Shown here: one piece after another, positions 14,923-26,500 of the stretch | Position numbering within the stretch: the first letter of the stretch is position 1 | Layout: every line of letters starts with the position of its first letter | Source: Neocallimastix sp. 'constans' | Taxonomy: Eukaryota | DNA: 64,000 bases | Assembly: GCA_050613775.1 (NCBI GenBank) | Contig: JBODTK010000010.1 | Span: forward strand, 1,364,001-1,428,000 | Direction: 5' to 3' | Position numbers and translations under genes: made by a program | The notes under the pieces: generated by a model | Database searches by the model: none | What the model was told of the DNA's origin: nothing | Seen by the model: only the letters and a program-made list of their open reading frames with translations

Positions 14923-15755
14923 TACAACTTAACGACTAATTCATTAAGTTGAGAAAATAAAATAAAATAAATTTTTTTACCTTTAATGTAGAGTTTATTA
15001 TAAAATTAATTATAATAATAACACAAAATGTAAGAGAAGAATTGTTTGTATAAATTGATCTTAAAAATATGTTTTTGAATAAAATATTTTTATTAATTTA
15101 TTAAAGTTAAAAATATAAAAATGTTACTATTATAACTATGTTTTTTATAATAATAACTCTTGATTTCTCAAAGAGAACTCAAGAGCCTTATTTATATTTT
15201 TTTATGAAAATAAGGTTAAATAAGAAAGGGTTTTCTAATCTTAACAAATCTCTTATCTAGGAAAAGATTAGATAGAAAAACCTAGATAAGTTTTCGATCG
15301 ATATTCTATCCATATCGATCATCGCATTAATTAAGTAAAACCGATTACTTCTAAAAAGTAATTGGAAAAAATCTTAATTAACCGATTTTCCAATCTAATG
15401 ATCGAAAATAAAAGAATAAAATAATAAAAGATATTTCGATCATATAATTTATCCTTATATTAAAAATATAAAATTAAATAGTTAATAAAATACAGAATAC
15501 ATTATAAAATACAGAATACATTATAAAATACAGAATAAAATACAATACAAAATACATTAGTTACAGTAGAGAATTTAGCATATTGTAAATATATTATTTA
15601 AAATTAATTAAATAAATTTTGTTAAATTAATGAATATTTAAAATTAAATTAAATAAATTTAATAAATATTATATGTAATTAAATAAAGTTATAGTTATAA
15701 TAACTTAACTAAGAAAATATAATTATTTGCTAACAAATAATTATAGATTCTTACA
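14923..15755 (-). mobile_element. Solo LTR S-e, main part, inverted (3' end at 21505-21553)
   Basis: Near-identical to the intact S solo at 52445-53363. Confidence 0.9.
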
Positions 15756-17206
15756 TCATTGTAATAATTTAATTAAAAAATTATAATTAAATTATTAATC
15801 ATTAATATTAGCTCTAACTGCTAATATTAAAGGTTTAGAAAAGAATCATACTTACCTATGGTTCTTTCTAATTATCGAGTTTATTATAACGAATTATAAT
15901 AGACGAAACACTAAAATTGATAAGGAAAAGTTTTAATTATAAAATTTTGTTAAAAAGTAAACAGGTTGAATTTAACGAGGAATCAGGTTGATATATCTAT
16001 ATAATATAACTATATAGATATAAGTAAATTACTAAAATAAAAGAGTTATAAAGTTAAATTTGTTAATTTAACACTTAATTAAAACTAATAATTGGTTTGA
16101 TATGATAAAAATTTTTATTTATTAATAAAAATATATAGTTATATTATAATAGGTTAACTATAACCTTACAAATGACAAAAAGATAAATTTGAATTTTCTT
16201 TTTATACTTTGTAGGTTTGAGAATATTGATAATAATAATATAAAGTTGATAATAATAATATTTAGTATAAGAATATGTTTAATATAAATAAATTATATTT
16301 TTTAATCTAATATATTAGCTAATATATATAATATAATATTAAATTTAAATATTTAATATAGTAATTAATAATTAATAATTAATTAAATCAATATAACATA
16401 AATTAATACATAAACATTAATTTATGAATCAAGGATGACATGACCAAATGATTCATGTTAATAAATATTTTATTTATTAATAATATTTAAGTTTAATATG
16501 ATATCATTAGAATCAGTAGGCCTAAGCTGGTCCTAAGATGATCAAATAACTTACAATATTATAAAATAAATAAAATTTAAAGAATAATTAATGAATTATA
16601 AATTTTTATTAATTATTTTGTTTTTAATAATTTTAATTGAAATTAATTGAAATTGAAATTTAATTCAGTTGTAATTTCGACAACGCCCTTCCACAAAAAT
16701 CGGATTCCAGACGATTTTGTGTAACGTTACATAAAGAAATTATTATATTTATAAAATTGTATATTTTAAAAATTTTTTTTTTTTTTTTTTTTTTTTTTGA
16801 AGTAAAAAGGTCACATGAGTCCTTTAAAGAACACATTACAAGTGGCCATTTCATGGAAATTTCGAAATTGTCAAAATTTACTGAAATTAAAATTTTGTTA
16901 TAAAATTAAATATCGAGAAATATAATGGTGTGAATTTTATTAAAAATTTCGTTGAAAAAATGTAAAATTGAAATTTTGAAATTGAAATTGAAATTTCATC
17001 TTAATTTTATGCATTAAATTGAAAATTTTTAAATATAGTGAAAATTTATAATTTAATGAATATAATAATGTAAAAATAAATAAAGTATTATTAAATTTCG
17101 ATTTTTTAAAAATTTTTGAAATTTTGAAATGTAAAATTTTAAATTAACTAATTTAATTTTGAAATATTATTATTATTTAATATACTATTTATAGCTTAAG
17201 TATAAT

Positions 17207-17266
<60 letters not shown>

Positions 17267-17272
<6 letters not shown>

Positions 17273-18306
17273 ATAAGAAAGAGAAGTGAATTTTCTATTA
17301 TTCTTTAAATATTCTTGATATATTCTTTGATTCCTTGGATTATTTTCAACTTCATAAGAAGGCACCCAATTACTTGAACTTTTATATTTGTATCTAACTC
17401 TATATTCGTAGCAGTTTTTCTTGTAGTTTGTCCTAAATCCAGAAATTTCAATAATATCATTAATGGATTCATTGTGCGAACTTCTATTTAAAAACTTTTG
17501 CGGAGTTGGGACATAAGGTTCCAATTCAGAGATATGAAAGATTGGATGATGTTTTGGAAAAGGTGACTTTTTAAGATCAATTTTATAATTATTATTCTCT
17601 AAAACATCGATTACCTTGTAAGGTCCATATTTGCAAGGAGCGAGTTTAGAACAATCTTCAATATTTAAAGAAGGAGGTGCTTGAATCCAAACCAAGTCAC
17701 CTTCTTTTATTACAGGAGGTGGCATCCTTTTCTTATCCGCATAATTTTTATATAATTCTTTAGATCTTAATAAGACATCTTTAATATGATTAAAACTTGT
17801 ACTTACATTTTTAATAAATTTACTATTAGTATCAACTTGGGGTAGTAAGAAATATTCGTCCATAGATGGATGAAATCCATAGTTAATAAAGAAAGGTGTT
17901 TCTTTTGTAGATTCATTGACTGAATTATTATAAGCGAACTCTGCAAGATAGATCCAATTAATCCAATCGTCGTGATAATAAGATCTTGAATAAGCTCTTA
18001 AATACTGTTCAATAAAGGAGTTACATCTCTCAACTTGACCAACAGTCTCATGATGATCTGTTGTAGCTAATTTGGATTTAATATTAAGTAATTTCATGAA
18101 TTCTTTCCAAAGTGCACTTGTAAACTGAGGACCTCTATCTGTATACATATCATAAGGAAGGCCATGTAATTTATAAACATTATTCATAAATGCTTTGGCA
18201 GTTTGTTTTGCATCAGGAATTTGTTTGAAAGGTATTAAGTGAATCATTTTAGAGAAACGATCCACTACAACCATTATTACCGTATATCCCTTTGAATCCG
18301 GGAGGC
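17267..18306 (-). pseudogene. B1 integrase core and C-terminus with degenerate chromodomain-like tail
   Basis: VVDRFSK, TDRGPQF, GQVER, GPY. Near-identical to the end of 48926-50719. Confidence 0.9.
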
Positions 18307-19660
18307 TGAACGTAAATCTAATTTTGTAAAATACTTTGCTCCTTTAACCTTTTCAATAATTTCATTAATAAGAGGTATGGGGTACGAGTTTCTTATAGTA
18401 ACAGCGTTTAACTTCCTATAGTCTACGCATAACCGAAGTGTACCATCTTTTTTCTTTTGGAATAGAACTGGATAACCTGCAGGTGATTCAGATGGTCTAA
18501 TAAATCCTTTTTTTAGGTTTTCTTTTATATATTCTTTCAAAACTTTATTTTCCTCTTCGGTTAAGGGATAGATTGGACCATAGTGAAGGGAAGCGTCCTT
18601 CTCCAGCACTATTTTGCAGTCGGTTAAACGATGTGGGGGAAGTTTATCGGCTTCGGCTTTACTAAAAACAATAAATAGATCGCGATATTGAGGCGGAATA
18701 TCTTCAATATTTGGATCTTCATTGTCATTTTTATTAATTTCTTTATTTGATAAGAAGGAATATATTAAAAAATTGTAATTATAGTCATTGTTTAAATTAA
18801 AATTGTTTTTTAAATATTTATTTTGTTTTTTGAAATAATATTTATATTTATTAATAAAATAATGATTTTTATTAAAAAATTTTTTATAATTAAATTTATC
18901 ACAAAATTTTGAAAATTTATTAAGGTTAAGGTTATTAAGTTTTTTATTAAAAAATTTTTTATTATAATTAAACTTCTGATCAAATTTTTTTAAATTTTTT
19001 GAAAAATTTTTATAATTAAATTTTTTTATTGATTTATAAAAAAGTAAATAATTTTTTAAAATTTTATTTTTCATCGACTGTAGATATAAATTGTTTTTGC
19101 AATATTTATTAGGATTTTTGTTATTTTTTTTTGAAAAATAATAATTTAAGTAAGAATATAATATATTCTTATCATAATTATAGTGAATTTTGAATTTTCG
19201 CATGAATTGATTACCAAAAAGTAGATCAGTTGGTATGCAATTTGTTATTAGAAATTTTTCATTGTAATTTTTAAAATAAAATTTTTTATTCTTTTGTATT
19301 TTTATTTGAAATTTTAGCCAAACGTACTGATCTATCTTAGTAGTAGAACCAGATATACCTTTGACTGAAATTTTATTTTTTAAATTATAAATTTTTAAAT
19401 TTAGTTTTTGAACTAAATTTTTTGTAATAAAATTACAAAATGATCCAGAATCTAGCATAGATTCAGATGTAATTTTTTGGTTATTTTTAATTTTTAATTT
19501 ATTATTATTAATTGGTAGTCTTGTTGGAATGTAGCAATGGAATAAAAGAAAAGTTGAAGGTAGTTTTTGGGTTGTGATGTTATCAAATGAAGGAAAGTTA
19601 TAATAAATTGTTTTTACATTTTTTGATGAATTGGACTCCGAGTGAAGTCCTTCATTTAGT
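18277..19660 (-). pseudogene. pol: B1 pol 5' part: protease and RT N-terminus, cut by a deletion
   Basis: MLDSGS..DLLFG protease; [18 protein letters not shown], then a jump into integrase sequence. Confidence 0.9.
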
Positions 19661-20735
19661 TTTTTGAATTATTATTATTTGTACTATTATTACTGTTATT
19701 ATTAATTTTATTAAAGTTATTATTATTATGGACTTTATTATAATTATTATTATAATATTTGTTATAATTGTTATTATTATTATATTTATTATTATTGTTG
19801 TTGTTGTTATTGTGGACATTAGAAGGCTTTTTCTTTAAATTTTTATTACCATTAGATTTTAATTGACCTTTAGATTTCAAGGAATTTTCGTAAAGAATAC
19901 ATCTAGTATAAATAGTACTAAGATCAGAAGGAAATTCATCCATTTTTTCTATTTCTTCCTGGAACCTTGGGTGCAATCCATTATAAAAGAATAAAACTAA
20001 AGCTTCTTCATTCCAATTCAAACATGTTGTAAGGGTTCGAAATTCATCAATATAATCATTAATTTTCCCAAATGTGTGAGAAATTTTTGCGAGTTGGATC
20101 ATGGCTAATTTCTTACTGGCAACATTATTAAAAGCTTTCCTTAATTCTTTAATCAATTCTTCTAATGTTGCTGGACTTCTATCTTTATATTTGGCATAAT
20201 ACCAATTACGAGCACCATCTCTTAAGCGTGACTTAACATAATTAATTTTTACATCCATAGTAGATTCACAGTTAGGATAAGTCTTAAAAGTATCTTCACA
20301 GAGCTGACAAAAGAGATCGGTTTCCTTAGTATCCCCAGTGAAAAATCCAGGTTCTGGGACTTCTTGAAGTGTATTGGGAATAGTATTCCTCATTATTACA
20401 TCATTGTCTGCCTCTCTTCTTGTTGATATAGAAGCGTTATCATCTTGATTTTGAGAAGCATTAACATTAGGAATAAAATCGAATTTCTGATTTAAAATGC
20501 TGGTAATAGAAGAAAGTTGTTTTATGATATTCTTGTTATCCCTATTTAAAGTAAAAAGTTTCTTTTGAAGATCTTCATTATATTTATTAAAATCTTCTCT
20601 TGATAAGAATGTAACTTCTGCATCTTTTGCCAGTTCAGAGACAGTAATCTGAGCGTCTGTTCTTAGCTTATTTACTTCCGACATAGGAGCAAAGTCAGGA
20701 TAGGAGTTTGCCCACACGTTATTATAAAGGGACAT
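19656..20735 (-). CDS. gag: Family-B Gag (no CCHC knuckle seen)
   Basis: Retrotransposon gag motifs LRDGARNWY and FYNGLHP; lies directly after the PBS. Confidence 0.9.
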   Translation of the reverse strand: MSLYNNVWANSYPDFAPMSEVNKLRTDAQITVSELAKDAEVTFLSREDFNKYNEDLQKKLFTLNRDNKNIIKQLSSITSILNQKFDFIPNVNASQNQDDNASISTRREADNDVIMRNTIPNTLQEVPEPGFFTGDTKETDLFCQLCEDTFKTYPNCESTMDVKINYVKSRLRDGARNWYYAKYKDRSPATLEELIKELRKAFNNVASKKLAMIQLAKISHTFGKINDYIDEFRTLTTCLNWNEEALVLFFYNGLHPRFQEEIEKMDEFPSDLSTIYTRCILYENSLKSKGQLKSNGNKNLKKKPSNVHNNNNNNNNKYNNNNNYNKYYNNNYNKVHNNNNFNKINNNSNNSTNNNNSKN

Positions 20736-21504
20736 ATCAAGGTGATTCTCTTTTCTAAGGTAAGGTTATTGTTAAAAAGTAAACAGGTTGAATTTAACGA
20801 GGAATCAGGTTGATATATCTATATAATATAACTATATAGATATAAGTAAATTACTAAAATAAAAGAGTTATAAAGTTAAATTTGTTAATTTAACACTTAA
20901 TTAAAACTAATAATTGGTTTGATATGATAAAAATTTTTATTTATTAATAAAAATATATAGTTATATTATAATAGGTTAACTATAACCTTACAAAGGACAA
21001 AAAGATAAATTTGAATTTTCTTTTTATACTTTGTAGGTTTGAGAATATTGATAATAATAATATAAAGTTGATAATAATAATATTTAGTATAAGAATATGT
21101 TTAATATAAATAAATTATATTTTTTAATCTAATATATTAGCTAATATATATAATATAATATTAAATTTAAATATTTAATATAGTAATTAATAATTAATAA
21201 TTAATTAAATCAATATAACATAAATTAATACATAAACATTAATTTATGAATCAAGGATGACATGACCAAATGATTCATGTTAATAAATATTTTATTTATT
21301 AATAATATTTAAGTTTAATATGATATCATTAGAATCAGTAGGCCTAAGCTGGTCCTAAGATGATCAAATAACTTATAATATTATAAAATAAATAAAATTT
21401 AAAGAATAATTAATGAATTATAAATTTTTATTAATTATTTTGTTTTTAATAATTTTAATTGAAATTAATTGAAATTGAAATTTAATTCAGTTGTAATTTC
21501 GACA

Positions 21505-21553
21505 TTGTAGTTAATAATTCTATTTTGAGTTAGTTCTTAATAGAATTATTACA
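21505..21553 (+). mobile_element. 3' terminal 49 bp of S-e
   Basis: Reverse complement of 52445-52493; ends ATTACA. Confidence 0.9.
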
Positions 21554-21569
21554 AATCATTTTTTAAGCA

Positions 21570-21662
21570 GCTCGTGTAGCCTAGAGGTTTAAGGCGTCGT
21601 GCTTATAAGGGAGTACCTCTTATGCAACGCGAAGATCGCGGGTTCGACCCCCGCCATGAGCA
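21570..21662 (+). tRNA. tRNA-Ile(TAT) with 19-nt intron (21608-21626)
   Basis: Acceptor GCTCGTG/CATGAGC, D stem GCCT/AGGC, anticodon stem TCGTG/CGCGA with CT-TAT-A, T arm GCGGG-TTCGACC-CCCGC, downstream T runs. Confidence 0.97.
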
Positions 21663-22499
21663 ATATAAATTTTGCTTTTTGTTCTATGTTTATTATTTTT
21701 TTTTATTTATTTTGATACGTTATTTTTATAAGTATCAATGTTTTTGTGGTTAGAAAGATTGTATTAAATAAAAATATATTCTAATATAAAAATATATAAT
21801 TACAATACACGTTAATATTAAAACAAAATATAAAAAAAATTATAGTTTTGTCGTTTTATTTATTTATTTAAATTATTTATGTCGTAATACAAATTTTATA
21901 ATAAAATGTTATTAAAGATCTTATTAATTATTTATTTCTAACTAACTTATTACTATTAAAATTTTTGATAAATAAATATATTCCCCAAATATATTTATTT
22001 TAACCAATTTTATCTCTATTTTTTTCCAAATAAAAAAACCTCCCTTTTCTTTAAAGAATTATAATAATTTTTCTTTTATATTTCTAATTTCTAATTTACT
22101 ATAAATTAAATCCTATTGGCTATTAACTAATTAAATAAATTTAATAATTTTTATATTACTATTTATTATTATAATATACATTTATAATTTAACTAATTAT
22201 TTATTATATTTAATTTTATTTCTTGATAATATTCTCTTTTTATTTAAATACTGCATCAAGACGCCCCCGCTTAGCCTAGACTTCGTCCCTTGAAGTCCTA
22301 AAAAAAAATATATATATATATATAAATCTATTTAAATTTGCTAGTTTGTTGTTGTATTTTTTTTTTTTTTTTTTTTTTTTAATTAAAATTAATCTTTGTT
22401 CAAAAAAAAAAAATTTTATATGAATTATTATTGTTTTATTGGTCAATTATTAATTCATTGAACATGTGAAGTTTATCAATGTAAATGTCTTATTCATGG

Positions 22500-22530
<31 letters not shown>

Positions 22531-23045
22531 TTTTATTTAGGTATGTATATTATGTTATTATTATTATTATTATTATAATATATTTAAATTGATGATTACA
22601 TATTTAAATTGATAATTACATTCAATTATTATTTTTATTAATTGATTTAATTTCATTGTTACCATTTGTTATATAAATATATATATATATATTTGGAAAT
22701 ATCGTATAATTTAGAATTTATAACGTCAAATTTCTTTGTCAAATCTCATTATGTTCACATTATTTTCTTTTCGCCTTGTACTTTTTTAATTATCATTAAT
22801 ATGTATTATAATCATTATTATCCAAATAAAATTATAATTAAAAAAAATAAAATAATCTTTTGAATCAATGTCTTAATTTAGTGTTGAACCTATGGTTTTA
22901 AAATATATACTATTATTATTTTTGTATATTATTATATAATTATATTTATCTATAACATTCATATTATTTTATATTATAATACTACCTATTTTGTTATTTT
23001 AGTTAATAATATATATTATTATACTATCTTTTTGTTATTTCATCT

Positions 23046-23235
23046 ATATTTTATTATTTTACTCAATATATAATATTTATATTATTATACTATCTATTTG
23101 TTATATTATCAATATTTTATTATTTTACTCAATATATAATATTTATATTATTATACTATCTATTTGTTATATTATCAATATTTTATTATTTTACTCAATA
23201 TATAATATTTATATTATTATACTATCTATTACGTT
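23046..23235. repeat. ~66-bp tandem repeat x3 in the A1 3' UTR
   Basis: TTACTCAATA recurs at 23059, 23125 and 23191. Confidence 0.85.
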
Positions 23236-23327
23236 ATATTGTCTATATTATAGTTAATTATACTATCTATACTCTCTATGTTTATATATTTTATTATTAT
23301 ATCTAATATAATCAGTTCTTATATATA

Positions 23328-23403
<76 letters not shown>

Positions 23404-23522
23404 AGATAAAATTTATCAAATATTAAGAAATGAATAAAATAAATTTCAAAATTATAAGTTTTAAATTCAGATTTTGAAATTTCAATTTTGAGGTTTTGAA
23501 GTTTCAATATAATTTAATTATT

Positions 23523-23556
<34 letters not shown>

Positions 23557-23592
23557 CTGTTAATTTTTTTTTTTGTATATATATATGTATCC

Positions 23593-26500
23593 TTATTCTT
23601 CTAAATTCAATTCTGTGAAATATGGAATAATATTTTTTAAATGAATGTTTCTATCAGCAACTTCCCCAGTTACTGGATCGCAAACTGTTACTGTATTGAA
23701 CTCTTGTTTTACGATCTTTAGTGGGCCAGTGGAAAACGGATCCAGCTTCTTTCTGTTGAACAATTTGACCAAAACAAGATCACCTGGCTTATACTTTGCT
23801 CTCATTCTTTTTATTTGTTTTCTACGATCTTCCCACAACTTGTTTGCTGTTTCAATGTTTTTTATTGCTTCACGGATCCAACGGTCATGGTTAATAAATT
23901 TCCTCAGCCAAAATTCTTCTTCGTCTTCCCAGTCATTTTTGGATTCGACATTAACAGTGAGTTCGAATGGTTGTAAGTCTCTCCGACCATACAACAATTC
24001 AAAGCTGCTGTGTTTCGTAACTTCATTCTTGCACGTTCTTAAAGCCCAAAGAGCACTATAAAGTGTTTCGTCCCACTGCGAATCCTCTTCTCCGAGTAAC
24101 CTGAGATACTTACCTATTTCCCTATTTCTGTTTTCTACTTCTCTATTAGACGAGGGGTGATAGGTTGCTACATAATTTACATAAATGTCGTTAAGGTCCA
24201 AAAATGCTTTTGTCTTATCGGAAGTAAACTGTGGACCATTGTCAGTAACTAAAATTTCAGGAACACCATGTCGTGCAAATATTTTCTTGAGAAAATTTAT
24301 TACATCTTGAGATTCGGCAGATTGTAAGGGTTCTGCTTCCACCCATTTGGTAAGATAATCTACTAATACAATTATATATCTATTACCTTTATTTGTTATA
24401 GGTAACGGTCCTATTAGATCCAACCCAACTCTTGAGAAAGGATATTCAGGTACAGTTGCAATATTTTCGGTATATTTATTTAATTTTTGTGGTCGACAAG
24501 TTTGACACTTGTGACAACATTTTATTAGTATTTGTATATCTTTTTTCATATTTCCCCAGTAGTAATCCCTCTTCAGTCTGCTATAAGTTTTATAAGCTCC
24601 TTCATGGCCTAGACCATGGGCTTCTTCGATTAATTTTTGCTTCTCTTCTTTGTTGTGAACTATTCTTCTCAGTTGTTCTCCTTGTTTAAGATATTCCACA
24701 CCATCAATATTTATAATTCTCTTATTTATAAATTCATTCATAAATTTATTTATACTATCATTGCTATTATTGGATAAAACATCATTGTTTACTAATGCAT
24801 TTAATATTTCTTTATTTTCATATATTTCTTTTGTAGGTAACCTAGATAAAGCGTCAGCAATAACGTTCTTCTTCCCTTCTTGAAATTGGACTTGAACATT
24901 TAATATTGATAGTTCAGTAACCCATTTAAGGTGGCGATTATTTGAAGGCTCTCTATTAGCAAATATACTAACCAAGGGTTTATGGTCTGTATAAACGATA
25001 GTGGTAAAAGGGCTTCCACTAAAATAGGGTTTAAATTTTTTAACACAATGAAATATTGCTTTACCTTCTAAATCAGTAACACTATAATTAGATTCAGCAG
25101 CGGAAAGAGTTCTACTTTCAAAATATATGGGGATTTCAATTGAATTTTCATTTGTTTGGAGAAGTACTCCACCAAGTCCATCTCTGGAAGTATCTGTTCG
25201 GATAATAAATGGTTTAGAATAATCAGGAGGAGTTAAAATAGGGGCAACCGTTAGTGACATTTTTAATTTTTCAAAGGCTATGTTGCACTTTTCGGACCAT
25301 TCATACGGTACATCTTTCTTTAAGAGGTTAAACAGAGGATTTGCAATCTGAGCAAAATTTTTAATAAATTTCCGATAATAACCAACAGCTCCCAAAAATG
25401 ATTTAAGTTGAGTGATATTTTTAGGGGATAGCCAGTTAATTATAACTTTAATCTTATCAGGAATCGGGGCAATACCTTTTGTGGATAATACATGACCAAG
25501 AAGGACTACTTCTTCTTTAAAAAAAGAACATTTTTCTAAGTTTATTTTCAAACCATTGTCTGCTAGGATTTGGAATACTTTAGTAAGATGAGTAATGTGT
25601 GATTCAATTGAGTCAGAAAATATTACTAAATCGTCAATGTAAACAAATAAGCATACTCCAATCAAGTCAAAAAAAATCCGGTTCATTTCACGTTGAAATG
25701 TAGCCGGTGCATTACATAGCCCAAACGGCATCACACAAAATTTATAGTTTCCAAACATCGTTGTGAATGTTGTTTTATCTTTATCATCAGGATTCATTGG
25801 AACCTGATGATAACCAGAAAAAAGATCAATAGTAGAGAGTATTTTAGCGTTCTTTCCAATAAACATTAATATGTCATCAATTAAGGGCAAAGCATAGGAA
25901 TCCTTAATAGTTATATTGTTTAAAGCCCTAAAGTCGACACACATTCTCCAGTCGCCGTTTTTCTTTGGAACTAATACTACTGGAAATGCCCATGAAGAGT
26001 AGGATGGCTCTATTAGTTTGTTTTCTATTAGCTTAATCAAAATTTCCTTTAGAGCTTTTGTTTGCGCTTTGGATAAACGGTAAGCTTTTAACTTTATGGG
26101 TGAAGATTTTGGAATTAATTCAATCCTGTGAGGTAATAATTTTGACCTTCCTAAATCATCTGTTTTAATTGCAACTACATTTTTAAATTTAAAAAATAAT
26201 TTACTAATTTTATTTTTAAATTTATTAGGAACAGAAGATATTATTTCGTTAATTAAATGTTCTTTCGTGTTAGGTAATTCATTATTGTTCGTAATTTCTT
26301 TATCATTGGTAACTGTAATTGTTAATAAAAAAGGTTCAAATTTTGTATTTTGATGTTTTTCTATATCCTCATCATCCTCGTAAGTATTATTAAGATTGAT
26401 ATCATAAAATAGATCTGCTAGTTTAATGTAATTATTATTTTCATCAATATAATATAAAGTATCATCTACTAATTTAATATCAAATCTATTATTCTTTAGA

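Larger units (their letters stand above)
15948..21504 (-). mobile_element. Family-B element B1, internally deleted; LTRs 15948-16682 and 20770-21504
   Basis: 735-bp near-identical LTRs, PPT GGAAGGGCG at ~16684-16692, gag and partial pol. Confidence 0.95.

Noticed and set aside
22300..23592. env-like third ORF in A1
   Set aside because: Only homopolymers and low-complexity sequence; no long ORF.
23645..24061. Antisense ORFs over pol (also 9438, 31459, 41226, 57950)
   Set aside because: Shadow frames of conserved coding strands.
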